From Longimicrobiales bacterium (GTDB taxonomy: Bacteria; Gemmatimonadota; Gemmatimonadetes; Longimicrobiales; Gaopeijiaceae): DNA of 64,000 nt. A program made the translations under genes and the position numbers. The notes below the pieces were generated by a model. The model made no database searches. It saw only the letters and a list, made by a program, of their open reading frames with translations, and was not told the DNA's origin. Every line of letters starts with the position of its first letter. Position 1 is the first letter of the stretch. Below are positions 1 to 9,933 of the stretch, piece by piece. The DNA is taken from positions 3,360,001 through 3,424,000 of the forward strand of contig OZ242008.1 in assembly GCA_965204735.1 (NCBI GenBank), written 5' to 3'.

Positions 1-2
1 AC

Positions 3-848
3 GCGGCGCCCGCGGATGCCGGATTGATCGGCGAGGACTCCCTGCCCGTCGGATTGAGCGCGAACGCGCTCGAAGCGTGGCTCTCCGCGAGGGACGACCT
101 GCTGGCGGCGCAGACAGTGGCCGGACTGGGAACGGAGGAAGAAGGTCCTCAGCTGTTTGGGCGGATCGGCGATGTGGCCGTGGATGCGAATGGGAACGTC
201 TTCGTGTTCGACGCCTTGGCCATGGAACTGCGCGTATTCGACTCGGCAGGCGGGTACGTCAGCGGCGTCGGCGGCGTTGGAGACGGCCCCCTGGAGCTGC
301 GCTACAACCTCTTCGGCGTCTTCGAGCTGCTGGGCAACAGCCGAGTACTGGTGGCCAACGGAGCCATCGCGAAGCTCTTCTCGGAGACAGGAGGAGAATG
401 GCAGCTTGACAAGACGGTGGAGGCGCCCGGCCTCGTCACCGATGCTTGCGTGATCAACGACCGGGCATTCTTTGCCGGATGGCGCGCCGACGACAATACC
501 CTGGTCCAGACCGCCTCCCTTTCAACCGGCGCGGCGGACACGGGGTTTGTGCAGGGATATCGGCATGCCGACTACCTCGTCAGGTCCAAGATGGCGGAAG
601 GAGTTCGTGTTGCATGCATTGAAACCGCTCGGCAGATCATTGTGGCATGGGGTTATCTCCCAATGGTCGCGTCTTATCGCCTTGGCGAGCACTCCCCGAC
701 ATGGACGTCCCGAGTAGGCGGTCGGCTCCCGTCTCGCGTCGTCTATGGACTGGCAAGCGACCAAACTGGTGCGGAAAGGCCGGCAATCGAGGATCCGCGC
801 GTCGAAGTCCGCAAGCTCGCGACACGACCAACTGCTGCGACGCCCTAA
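3..848 (+). CDS. 6-bladed beta-propeller (NHL-like) protein, 5'-partial
   Basis: Frame is open from the window start. 'FGRIGDVAVDANGNVFVFD...LRVFDSAGGYVSGVGGVGDGPLEL' matches NHL/6-bladed propeller repeats (G-x-G-x-GPGE-like). The C-terminus may be truncated. Confidence 0.7.
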   Translation, partial: AAPADAGLIGEDSLPVGLSANALEAWLSARDDLLAAQTVAGLGTEEEGPQLFGRIGDVAVDANGNVFVFDALAMELRVFDSAGGYVSGVGGVGDGPLELRYNLFGVFELLGNSRVLVANGAIAKLFSETGGEWQLDKTVEAPGLVTDACVINDRAFFAGWRADDNTLVQTASLSTGAADTGFVQGYRHADYLVRSKMAEGVRVACIETARQIIVAWGYLPMVASYRLGEHSPTWTSRVGGRLPSRVVYGLASDQTGAERPAIEDPRVEVRKLATRPTAATP

Positions 849-865
849 CCCGGTCAGCGACGACG

Positions 866-1987
866 ATGGCAACGACCAGTCCGGCTTGGCCGCTCGCGGC
901 GCTGTCTCTGCTGGCTTTGGCCGCGCCGCCGGTCGCACAGGCCCAGTTGCCCGACGACTTGGCGTCCGCCCCGGGAGACGTCCTGTACCAGGCGTCGTGC
1001 GCCAACTGCCACGGAGCCGACGGACGCGGGGCCGATCCGGCCCTTCTCGCGTTCGAGGAGGAAGTGCCCGACTTCACCGACTGCGACTTCGCCGCTCGGG
1101 AGCCCGACGCGGACTGGATCGCGGTGGCCCACGAGGGAGGGCCGGTCCGAGGGTTCAGCGAGATGATGCCGGCCTTCCGGGGCGCGCTCCCGCCGGAGCA
1201 GCTCGAGCGCGTCATGCAGTACATACGGACGATGTGCACGGACGCCGACTGGCCCCGCGGCGAACTCAACCTGCCGCGCCCGCTCGTCACGGGGAAGGCG
1301 TACCCGGAGGACGAATGGGTGATCTCGGCCACCTTGCCCATGGACGGGACGGGAGAGGGCGGGGCCGAGTTCGTCTACGAGCAGCGGTTCGGCCCGAGGA
1401 GCCAATGGGAAGTCGCGATTCCCTACGAGTGGGAGCGGAGAGAGGACGGAGGCGCGCGGGCACGGCTAGGCGAGCTGGAGATCAGCGTCAAGCACGCCGT
1501 GTTCCACAGCCACGAGTCGGGCTCGATCTTGTCCGTGTCGGGCGACCTGCACTTCCCCGCCGGCTCCGACCCGGAAGCGGCGGAGCCCCGCGGAGCGTCG
1601 GCAGGCGCTTTCCTGCACGTCGGACAGCTGCTGGGCCAGGATTCGTTCCTCCAGGGGCAAGCCGGGACGCGCGTGCCGATGTACGACGGGGGAAGCGCGC
1701 GGGCCTACGGTCGCATCGTCCTGGGGCGCAGCTTCGCCAGCGGCACGTGGGGGCGGTCGTGGACGCCTATGGTGGAAGTGGTGGCGGACCGCGCCTTTGG
1801 CGGAGACGACGCCGAGACGAACGCCGACTTGGTGCCCCAGCTGCAGGTCGCCTTGAACACGCGCCAGCACGTGCTGGCCAACGTCGGCCTGCTGATCCCC
1901 GCAACGGCCCGGGGCGGACGCGGCACGCGCTTCGTGAGCTACGTGCTGCTGGACTGGTTCGACGGCGGCTTCTGGGAGGGCTGGTAG
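866..1987 (+). CDS. Secreted monoheme cytochrome c fused to a C-terminal beta-strand-rich (possibly outer-membrane barrel) domain
   Basis: ATG at 866 gives signal peptide MATTSPAWPLAALSLLALAAPPVAQA. It has a CANCH heme motif, an MMPAF distal Met, and a C-terminal half of alternating beta strands ending in aromatic residues (WFDGGFWEGW). Confidence 0.75.
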   Translation: MATTSPAWPLAALSLLALAAPPVAQAQLPDDLASAPGDVLYQASCANCHGADGRGADPALLAFEEEVPDFTDCDFAAREPDADWIAVAHEGGPVRGFSEMMPAFRGALPPEQLERVMQYIRTMCTDADWPRGELNLPRPLVTGKAYPEDEWVISATLPMDGTGEGGAEFVYEQRFGPRSQWEVAIPYEWERREDGGARARLGELEISVKHAVFHSHESGSILSVSGDLHFPAGSDPEAAEPRGASAGAFLHVGQLLGQDSFLQGQAGTRVPMYDGGSARAYGRIVLGRSFASGTWGRSWTPMVEVVADRAFGGDDAETNADLVPQLQVALNTRQHVLANVGLLIPATARGGRGTRFVSYVLLDWFDGGFWEGW

Positions 1988-1991
1988 CCCG

Positions 1992-3653
1992 GTGACGTGC
2001 GCCGCTCCTGCCCGGTTCTCCCGCTTCGCGCTTCTCGGAGGCTGCGTCTTGGCTGCGGGCATCCTGGCTTCGCCGGGCGTCGCCGGCCGCCTCTCCGCTC
2101 AGGAGGCGCCGCCGTTCGCCACGGCCGACCGTTGCATCGCCTGCCACCAGGGCGTGACCGCCAGCAACGGCGTCGGCGCTTCGATCGGGCACGACTGGCG
2201 CGCGTCGATGATGGCCAACAGCGCCCGAGATCCCTATTGGCAGGCCGCGGTCCGGCGCGAGGTCATGGACCATCCGGAGGCGGCGGCGGAGATCGAGGCC
2301 CAGTGCGCGCGTTGCCACATGCCGATGGCCAGCGCCGTCGCCGAGAAGGAAGGCCGCAAGGGACGGGTCTTCGCCAACCTGCCTGCCGAGAACGACGGCG
2401 AGTACGCGGCGTTGGCCGCCGACGGGGTGTCGTGCACCGTCTGCCATCGCGTGGCGCCCGACGACCTGGGGACGGAGGCGAGCTTCTCCGGGGGGTTCGC
2501 CATCGACGGGTCGGCGCCGCCCGAGGGCAGCCCGGTCTTCGGTCCCTTCGAGCCCGACTCGGGCGGAGCCGGGATCATGCGCTCGGCCACGGGGTTTCTT
2601 CCCAAGGAAGGGGCTCACGTGCAGTCGTCCGAGCTGTGCGCGACGTGCCACACGCTGTTCACCCACGCCGTCCGGCCCGGCGGCGAGGCCGGCCCCGAGT
2701 TTCCAGAACAGGTCCCCTACCTCGAGTGGCAGGCCAGCGCCTTCGCCGGACAACGGAGTTGCCAGGACTGCCACATGCCCGAAGTGGAGGAAGACGTGCC
2801 CGTGACGATGGTGCTGGGGCGCGCCCGACCGCAGGTCTCCCGGCACGTCTTCAGGGGCGGCAACTTCTTCATGCTGCGAATGCTCGACCGCTACCGCGCG
2901 GAGTTGGGAACGGCGGCGCTTCCAGCCGAGATGGAGCTGGCCGCGCTTCGCACCGAGGCTCACCTCCGAAGCGCCACCGCAAGCTTGGCTGTGACCGACG
3001 TGAGCGTGGAGGCCGGCGAGGGGCAGGGCAGGCGGCTGGCCTTCGTCGCCGAGGTGCGCAACCGGGCGGGGCACAAGTTTCCCACCGGCTATCCGTCGAG
3101 GAGAGCCTGGCTTCACGTGCTTGTTGTCGACGCCGACGGGCGGACCGTCTTCGAATCGGGTGCGCTGGCCGCCGACGGCAGCATTGCGGGCGACGACCAC
3201 GACGAGGACGGCGACCGCTACGAACCTCACCACGCCGAGATTCGGACGTCGCGCCAGGTGCAGGTCTATCAGTCGGTGATGACCGACCGCGCCGGACGGG
3301 TGACGACCGGCTTGGCGTCGGCCGAGGCATGGGCGAAGGACAACCGTCTGCTCCCGGAGGGCTTCGACGCGGCAGTTGCCGGCGAGAGGGCGGCCGTTCG
3401 GGGCGCGGCCCGATCCGACGGCGACTTCGGCCCCGGCGGCGACCGCGTCCGCTACTCGGTGGCGGTCGGGCGCTTCGACGGGCCGTTCACCGTGACGGCG
3501 CGGCTCCGCTTTCAGCCGATCGGCTACCGCTGGGCCGAGAACTTGGCCGCTTACGACGCCATGGAAACCCGCCGCTTCGTCCGCTACTACCGGGAGATGG
3601 CCGCAGCCTCGGCGATCACGGTCGCGGAGGCGACGGCAGTGTCGGCGAACTGA
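1992..3653 (+). CDS. Multiheme (pentaheme) cytochrome c
   Basis: Five CxxCH motifs (CIACH, CARCH, CTVCH, CATCH, CQDCH), an N-terminal signal peptide and a 'GHKFPTG' motif typical of c554-like multiheme proteins; 4 bp after the upstream gene. Confidence 0.85.
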   Translation: MTCAAPARFSRFALLGGCVLAAGILASPGVAGRLSAQEAPPFATADRCIACHQGVTASNGVGASIGHDWRASMMANSARDPYWQAAVRREVMDHPEAAAEIEAQCARCHMPMASAVAEKEGRKGRVFANLPAENDGEYAALAADGVSCTVCHRVAPDDLGTEASFSGGFAIDGSAPPEGSPVFGPFEPDSGGAGIMRSATGFLPKEGAHVQSSELCATCHTLFTHAVRPGGEAGPEFPEQVPYLEWQASAFAGQRSCQDCHMPEVEEDVPVTMVLGRARPQVSRHVFRGGNFFMLRMLDRYRAELGTAALPAEMELAALRTEAHLRSATASLAVTDVSVEAGEGQGRRLAFVAEVRNRAGHKFPTGYPSRRAWLHVLVVDADGRTVFESGALAADGSIAGDDHDEDGDRYEPHHAEIRTSRQVQVYQSVMTDRAGRVTTGLASAEAWAKDNRLLPEGFDAAVAGERAAVRGAARSDGDFGPGGDRVRYSVAVGRFDGPFTVTARLRFQPIGYRWAENLAAYDAMETRRFVRYYREMAAASAITVAEATAVSAN

Positions 3654-3732
3654 CGCGGGCGCCGCGGGGGCAGAAGACTCACCTGAACCGAAGTGCTGCC
3701 TGCAGGCCGAGCGCCCAGCGTCCGAACAGCGC

Positions 3733-6700
3733 CTACTGGAACTCCATCTCCATGACTAGACGACAGATCTGCCGTACGGCCGGATTGGAGTGCCTTTCCC
3801 ACTCAGCCAGCGCGTGATGGCGAGCAACGACGGGAGGCTCCGGGAACCACTCTGCCGCGGGGTCCCGCATTTCCTCGACGGTTCGAAACTCGTGAAAGTC
3901 TACGAACACCGGACGGCACTCGGCCCAGGTCGCAATTCGCTTGGCGATGTCTTCGGGCGAGTAGCCGTGGTCCAGGGCCGTAATCGCCAAGTCAAGGCTC
4001 GGCTCTCTGTCCGCGAGTGGGGTCAAGTGCATGGGTTTGAGATTTCGGCGGGACAGGAACTCCTTGTACAGTGTCGGGTCGCGCCCCACGAGCGCGACGA
4101 ACGCCCTGGGATCTGTGCTGGCCGGCATAGCGCGGACCAGCTGCAGCTTGGCGTCCGAGTCCAAGACGCTGGCGGCCTCTGCGTAGAGCGTTGAGCTCCC
4201 CGAAGTATCGAGCGAAGTATCGAGTCGCCGAAGCTCGTCGAGCATCTGACCCTCGAGGTCGCCCTTGGAGACTTCGCCAGGCTCCGCAGGCAGTCGCCGA
4301 TCGGGCGACAGGAACCAGGCCTTCGCAACGTCCGGATGATGTTCCATGGCGAAGGCAAGTACCGTTTCGTCGTCGGATTCGACAACTGCCCTGCGCCAGG
4401 ACGTCCGAGCGGTCCTTGACAAGGTCAGGAGCTTGGGATCACGGTCCTGGTACTCTCGATACATCTCGTGGGCGGCGACCACGGCGACCCGACGATTCTC
4501 GTGGGTCAGCATGCGTTCCTTCCACGTATTCGGAACATCCTTCCAGAACACAACCCCCGGCATCGCGTCGGGGTCTGCCAGTCGCTCCAGTACGTATGCC
4601 ACGACATCTTCGGGAACCCTTGACCGGTAGATGGCAGACTGCACGACTACGTCGCGGTACTCGTTGCGGTCCAGCAGCGCCCGCCATCCTTCTTCGCATC
4701 CCCGGCCCTTTGCCAGCATGGCGTCCACGAACGGCTTCATCCAATGGACATCCGCCTGCCGGGATGCAAGAGCGATCACCCAAGCGGACGGCTCCTGCGT
4801 GCGTTCGGCTATGTGGTGCACAACCTTCTCGACCGTCCGCAAGGCTGGCCCTTCGAGCAGAGTGACGCGGGCCTCCTCTTGGTAATGGAGGAGCCGATCG
4901 ACGCCAGCGGCCGCTGGTCGGTCGGCAAGCTTCTCCGCCACCAAGCGGACAGCCCTGTCTCGGTCCAGCGTCGAGGCGTCGGGCCTGATTCCGAACAGCT
5001 CTTCCAGGTCCGACGGCGTTGCCGGCAGTCCTGCGGCGTGCACCTTGCATTCGGCGGCGATCTGCTTGGCCCACAGCACAACGCCCGGTCGACCGTCGCT
5101 CCATCCGACCACATCCGTGATCATCCGTGCGGCAAAGTCCTGCACGACCCTGGCGGTCTCGGGAGGAAGGACCCGACCGGGGCGCCGGGGCGCTGTTGCC
5201 CACGACTGGGCGATTCTACGAGCCGTGTCGAGCGCGTTCGCCTTCCGCAACAGGTCGGCGGACAGCTTCCACAGCGCATGGATCTGCTCGACGTGATCGG
5301 GTGACAGCCCTCGGATGTCGAACCGGACCGTTCCCAGCTTAATCGGATCCGGATCAAGTGCATCAAGCCGCAGGGAGAAGACGAGGGGCACCAGCGAAGC
5401 CACCGTTCGGTGCAATTCCATTGGCGGCTGCTGCGAACCCTCAAAGGAACTCGCCAGCGTGTCGAAGAGCCATTGGCGGCGACGTACTGTGTCGTGCGTG
5501 GGCTCCCGTATCCATTCCTGGATCGCCGAAAGTGCTGGGTGGGTGTCCCAACCGACTAGCAGGTCGTCGTGGTGTGCCGGCGACGGCACGCTCTCGTCCT
5601 GGCTCGACATCGCCGAGATCAGCTTGGACAGCACGGTTGTCGGCAGGGCACGTAGCGCGCAGAGGGCGACGGTCAGGATCTGGCGAGGATGTGCCTGGAC
5701 AATCCACTTGACTGCCGTCTTCCCGGTCCCTGCATAGCGTTGCCAGAGTTCCCGATCCGGCCCATGGGTCGTATCATTGGGAAGTCGCGATTGAATCAGC
5801 TCGTGGGGCACTGATGCTCCCCGGGCTAGCGCGTCGATCAGCGTCTCCGTGGCAGTGCGCGGGTCCGGCATCGCGGAAAGGTATTCGCATACGGAAAGAC
5901 GCGACGGTCCCTGAAAGAACGTTCGAGCGACCAGGGCGGCGCGCAGTGCTGGATTGACGATGGCCAGGTAGTGGCCCCGGTTCTTGATGATTCCTGTGGG
6001 CGCCACTTTGAACAGCGCTTGGCGAACGTTCGCTGCGCCTTCCCGCAGTATGTCGGCCGCTGTGGCGAGGGCCACGCCGGCACTTCCTGCCAGTGCGAAT
6101 ACGGCCAGCACGTCAAGATCTCTGTCAGTGAGACCACGGTGCTGTAGGTGGTCCAGCAACAGCTGGCCGTCGGCCAGACGACTTGCGGCATTGGGAACAC
6201 CAATTTGCTCCGCAAGCGTAGCCGCCAGACCGGGGCGACGTTCGCTCTGATCCACGATCTCGGCAACACCGTTCTCGGGCAGCTTGGGGGATACGGAGCG
6301 AACGATCTTCGCCGTATCTGGCCTTGAAAGGGAGCGGATCTTCTTGGTCGCCGCAGCTGGACCGATCGCGTCTGCAACTCTTCGGTCAGGCCAGGTCCAC
6401 GTCGTGGCGCCAACCTTGAAGGACGCCCCGATCTCCCACCGCATTCTGCAGATCGCCGGCAGCAGGTCAGAGTGCGAGTGCGAGTCCTTCGCGAGCAGGT
6501 GCGCATCTTCCAGCAGCAGGAACTCGGGCCGCTCGGCGCGACAGCCCTCGGCGATTCGCGCCAGGTCGTTGGTGACGACGAACAGGCCCCGGCCCTCTAG
6601 GGCGAGCAGCCGCAGCAACGATCGCTTGCCCACGCCGGGCTGGCCGACCAGCACGAAGTCGTCGCGTTGAGACAGCACCCAGGACGCGGCTTCGTCCCGG

Positions 6701-7221
6701 CCCACGAGCGCTCGGTCGGCCCCGTGACGCGGGTTGTGAAGCCGCGGGTAGACGGACAGCGCGGGCAAGTCGCCGGTAATGCCGAGCAGTTCCCGCCGCC
6801 ACTCTGAATGGCAATACAGCCGCCCAGTCAGGTCGTTGCGGTCGTGGATGTTCCGCAGCTCGAAGCCCATCTCTTGCGCCCGGCGTTCAAGGTTGCGGCG
6901 CTTGCGAGGTGTCAACGCCTGGGACGTGACCAGCACTGCCTCTTGGCTCTTGCCGCCGGACTTCCGGTACGACTCCAAGCTCTTGGTCAGGTTCCCGATC
7001 ACGTTTTCGCTGGTCGTGCACACCAGCGGCACGGGCGGTCCGCCGGTCGGCATGGAGACCGCACCGTCCATGCCCGCGTCGTCGCCGCCGGAAACTGGAA
7101 CCAGCCCCAGATAGACGGGGCGCAAAAGCTCCACCGCGCAGCACTCGAACCGCACTGGGTCCAGCCGCTCGGACAGCCTCGTCTCGATCTCCCGGTACAG
7201 CGGGTCCTTCCCGGCCGTCAT
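3733..7221 (-). CDS. Avs-like STAND NTPase with N-terminal Mrr-like restriction endonuclease fold and long helical C-terminus
   Basis: N-terminal 'FECCAVELL...VSGGDDAGMDG...LVCTT' (Mrr-like); Walker A GQPGVGKRS; Walker B LLLEDAH; 1162 aa; starts 1 bp after the stop of the upstream ATPase. Confidence 0.65.
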   Translation of the reverse strand: MTAGKDPLYREIETRLSERLDPVRFECCAVELLRPVYLGLVPVSGGDDAGMDGAVSMPTGGPPVPLVCTTSENVIGNLTKSLESYRKSGGKSQEAVLVTSQALTPRKRRNLERRAQEMGFELRNIHDRNDLTGRLYCHSEWRRELLGITGDLPALSVYPRLHNPRHGADRALVGRDEAASWVLSQRDDFVLVGQPGVGKRSLLRLLALEGRGLFVVTNDLARIAEGCRAERPEFLLLEDAHLLAKDSHSHSDLLPAICRMRWEIGASFKVGATTWTWPDRRVADAIGPAAATKKIRSLSRPDTAKIVRSVSPKLPENGVAEIVDQSERRPGLAATLAEQIGVPNAASRLADGQLLLDHLQHRGLTDRDLDVLAVFALAGSAGVALATAADILREGAANVRQALFKVAPTGIIKNRGHYLAIVNPALRAALVARTFFQGPSRLSVCEYLSAMPDPRTATETLIDALARGASVPHELIQSRLPNDTTHGPDRELWQRYAGTGKTAVKWIVQAHPRQILTVALCALRALPTTVLSKLISAMSSQDESVPSPAHHDDLLVGWDTHPALSAIQEWIREPTHDTVRRRQWLFDTLASSFEGSQQPPMELHRTVASLVPLVFSLRLDALDPDPIKLGTVRFDIRGLSPDHVEQIHALWKLSADLLRKANALDTARRIAQSWATAPRRPGRVLPPETARVVQDFAARMITDVVGWSDGRPGVVLWAKQIAAECKVHAAGLPATPSDLEELFGIRPDASTLDRDRAVRLVAEKLADRPAAAGVDRLLHYQEEARVTLLEGPALRTVEKVVHHIAERTQEPSAWVIALASRQADVHWMKPFVDAMLAKGRGCEEGWRALLDRNEYRDVVVQSAIYRSRVPEDVVAYVLERLADPDAMPGVVFWKDVPNTWKERMLTHENRRVAVVAAHEMYREYQDRDPKLLTLSRTARTSWRRAVVESDDETVLAFAMEHHPDVAKAWFLSPDRRLPAEPGEVSKGDLEGQMLDELRRLDTSLDTSGSSTLYAEAASVLDSDAKLQLVRAMPASTDPRAFVALVGRDPTLYKEFLSRRNLKPMHLTPLADREPSLDLAITALDHGYSPEDIAKRIATWAECRPVFVDFHEFRTVEEMRDPAAEWFPEPPVVARHHALAEWERHSNPAVRQICRLVMEMEFQ

Positions 7222-7222
7222 G

Positions 7223-8629
7223 TCATCCTCCGATCAGCCAGGCCAGAAGCCCGGTCGGCAAGGCCGCCAAGTCGGGGTCGGCGAGGTCCAGCACGTCCTT
7301 GGTGGCCACGACGCCGCGCCAGCGCGACGCCTTCAGGGTTGGGATTGCGCGACGCCAGCGCCTGCCGGAGACGTACTTCGACTCGATGGCGGCGCCGCCG
7401 AACGACGGACCCACGAAGTCGATCTCCTTGCGGGTCGGGGTGCGGTGGTGCAGCACGGAGTCGAAGTCCAGCAGCCCTCCCGGCCGGTCGCACGCGAAGG
7501 AGCGAAGGAGCGCTGTTCCCAGCTGCTGCTCCGACAGGAGGCCGGCGTTGAGCTGCTCGGGCCGGCGGGTCAGCCGGGCGAACACGGGGTCGACGAGGTA
7601 CACCTTCTCTTGGGCGCGAAGCTTGGGCCGCAGGTTGGCCTCCCGGAAGCAGGGCCATGCCACGAATCCGTCGCGCAGGGCGTCAATGCGCCGCCCCACC
7701 AGGCCAGCGGACCCTCCGATGTGGTTGGCGATGTCGGCTCGGTTCGTCGGCGACCCCACTCCCTGCGCCAGCCGCCTTACGAAGGCGTCGGTTTGCGCCT
7801 TGGACCATCGGGCGCCCCGAAGCGCCTCGCCGTGAACCACGTCGAGCAGGTCCCGACGGAACCCTTCGTCGCTTTCGCCGCCCACATGGCAGGAGACGGC
7901 CGTCGGAAAGCCCCCGACGGAGATATAGGCGCCCCAGGCGGCCGTCAGCGTGTCCAGCCAGGGCGCCATCGCCAGGGCGGCCTCCGCGAGGACCGGCGGC
8001 TGCAAGTCCTCCAGAGCCGTGGGCGGAACGGCGTCGTCGGGCGGCGGTTCGTCCACGACGGCGCGGACGAACGCCCGAAAGGACATGGGCAGGAGCACGC
8101 GGTCGGGCTCGGCGGCGTCTCCTCGGCGACCCGCCAGCGCCTTGACCGACTCGCCAAGGTCGGCTGCGGACGAGCCGGTCAGCACCACCGTGTCCTCGGC
8201 GAAGCGGGCGTCGTTGTCGCGCAGCCACTTGATCTCGGCCGGCCAGCCTTCCCTGATCGCCGTGATCTCGTCGATGAACCAGGTGCGGCGGGCGGACGGG
8301 GTCAGGTCGGCGGCGGCCTTCACAGCCGTGCGCAGGTCCCTCGCCACCAGGCGGTCCGCGGCCAGGTGGAGGACCAGCCGGGGGTTCGTGCCCTGGGCGA
8401 CGAGGCGTTCGATCGCCTTCTTCACCTCGACGGTCTTCCCGACCCGCCTGGGGCCGCGCAGGATGTAGAGTCCGCCGGGCTCCAAGTCGTCCAGCACCCC
8501 GGCCGTGTAGTCGAACGGCGCGGCCCGGGCCCGGCGGAGGTCCGGGTCGTCCAGCCGCCAAGTGGTTGGCTTGGTCCACCACCGAGCCCGAGCCAGCAGC
8601 TCCCGCTGCATTTCGCCGAACTCGAACAT
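7223..8629 (-). CDS. ATP-binding protein, AAA_14 + DUF4143 family
   Basis: Walker A LRGPRRVGKT, Walker B WFIDEIT, LTGSS, and a C-terminal 'KEIDFV...AIESK' PD-(D/E)XK-like tail. ATG at 8629 is preceded by GGGAGG. Confidence 0.85.
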   Translation of the reverse strand: MFEFGEMQRELLARARWWTKPTTWRLDDPDLRRARAAPFDYTAGVLDDLEPGGLYILRGPRRVGKTVEVKKAIERLVAQGTNPRLVLHLAADRLVARDLRTAVKAAADLTPSARRTWFIDEITAIREGWPAEIKWLRDNDARFAEDTVVLTGSSAADLGESVKALAGRRGDAAEPDRVLLPMSFRAFVRAVVDEPPPDDAVPPTALEDLQPPVLAEAALAMAPWLDTLTAAWGAYISVGGFPTAVSCHVGGESDEGFRRDLLDVVHGEALRGARWSKAQTDAFVRRLAQGVGSPTNRADIANHIGGSAGLVGRRIDALRDGFVAWPCFREANLRPKLRAQEKVYLVDPVFARLTRRPEQLNAGLLSEQQLGTALLRSFACDRPGGLLDFDSVLHHRTPTRKEIDFVGPSFGGAAIESKYVSGRRWRRAIPTLKASRWRGVVATKDVLDLADPDLAALPTGLLAWLIGG

Positions 8630-8709
8630 TGGGTTGCCTCCCGTCGGGTTGAGGTTCGCGTTGGGGATGTCTCGGAAGATGGGGAAGGTCGGGCGTCTTG
8701 TCCAGAACG

Positions 8710-8810
8710 GTTCTAGAGTCACACAAGAAATAGCTGATTTGGTACATATGTGATGTGAGATCTGTATGATTATGGATACTAAATCCGAAAGATAGCCCCA
8801 ATATCGACTA
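8710..8810. promoter_or_regulatory. AT-rich intergenic segment, probable promoter of the AAA_14/STAND pair
   Basis: Visibly AT-rich stretch in GC-rich context, directly upstream of the 8629 start on the minus strand. Confidence 0.35.
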
Positions 8811-9005
8811 CCGACTGGCCCCGTCATCGCCGACTCGGGAACCTAGCGCCCCCCGTGCACCTCGCGGCAGCCAGCGGTTGCCGGGGTCCGTCGCCTCGCT
8901 GCGACCGGGGCTGGCGGCCTCCGCGCCAGTGCCCGTCTCAGCCGTCGGGCCGCCTCCCCGATTCGGCCCCGCTCGCACACGCTCGTCTTGCGTCCCCCGG
9001 GCGGC

Positions 9006-9275
9006 TTACTCGCGGTCGGCCAGGAAGCGGTCCAACGCTCCGGGTACCGGCTTCCCGATCTTCCGAGTTCGGTTGCGGATCGTGGTCCGCACCAGGATGC
9101 CGTCGCGCTCGAGCTCCAGCAGCTTCTCCCTCGTCGTCCCGGGTGCCAAGCGAATCTCGACGGCTGGCTGGCCCTCGTCGGCCACGATCACCGTCTCGCC
9201 GTCGCGAACCCGCTGGACGATTGCCGGGAATTGAGCCACAGCTTCCCGTGTGGTGTAGGTGGTCGCCGGCGTCAC
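9006..9275 (-). CDS. Phd/YefM-family type II antitoxin (no intact toxin partner seen)
   Basis: GTG at 9275 after GAAGGAGG; 'TYTTREAVAQFPAIVQRVRDGETVIVADEGQPAVEI' is the Phd/YefM signature. Confidence 0.75.
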   Translation of the reverse strand: MTPATTYTTREAVAQFPAIVQRVRDGETVIVADEGQPAVEIRLAPGTTREKLLELERDGILVRTTIRNRTRKIGKPVPGALDRFLADRE

Positions 9276-9459
9276 CGATAGCCCTCCTTCAAGTGGTCCG
9301 GTATCTTGGGGGAATCGGCAAGAGTCACGCGAAGCCTCCTTCAAAAACCTATGCCATCGCACGCCTGCGTCACTCCCTCCTGGGCCGCCGCCACGGACCA
9401 CAAGGCCGACCTGGGAAGACGGCCGATGCCCTGCGCGGCTTGATGGGCGACTGGCCGGC

Positions 9460-9933
9460 ATGGTGCGCGAGCAGTCCGAGGCGGTGAGCACGCACGCCGG
9501 GCACCGGCAGCGACTCCGCGACCGCTTCCAGAAATCTGGCCTGGAAGGCTTCGCCGACTACGAGATCGTGGAGCTGCTGCTGACTCTGGCGATCCCCCGC
9601 TCCGACGTGAAGCAACCGGCCAAGGAGCTGATCCGCCGCTTCGGCGATGTGCGGGGGATTCTCGACGCCCCTTCCGCCGACCTGCGGACCGTGCCGGGCA
9701 TCGGCAAGATGGCACCCGTCGCGCTCAAGATCATCAAGGCGGCTGCGACGCTGTACCTTCAGCAGGAAAGCGAAGCTGGCGAATTCCTCGCCGATCCATC
9801 CCGTCTGGAGAACTTCTGGCGCATGCGACTGGGAGCCCTGACCAACGAGGTGTTCGAGGTCGCGTACCTGGACGCCTCCGGCCGGAGGCGGGGGAGTCCA
9901 GTAGCGTTGTCCAGGCGGTGTGGGGATGGATGA
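9460..9933 (+). pseudogene. radC: Truncated RadC (UPF0758) family gene
   Basis: 'GHRQRLRDRF...DYEIVELLLTLAIPRSDVKQPAKELIRRFG', HhH 'VPGIG', then 'NEVFEVAYLD'. Similarity ends near 9880, before the JAB/MPN HNHPSG motif. Confidence 0.8.
9873..9890. repeat. Perfect 18-bp palindrome at the radC breakpoint
   Basis: cgcctccggccggaggcg is its own reverse complement. Confidence 0.85.

Noticed and set aside
8830..9005. VapC toxin downstream of the Phd antitoxin
   Set aside because: No start codon or PIN acidic motif is discernible.
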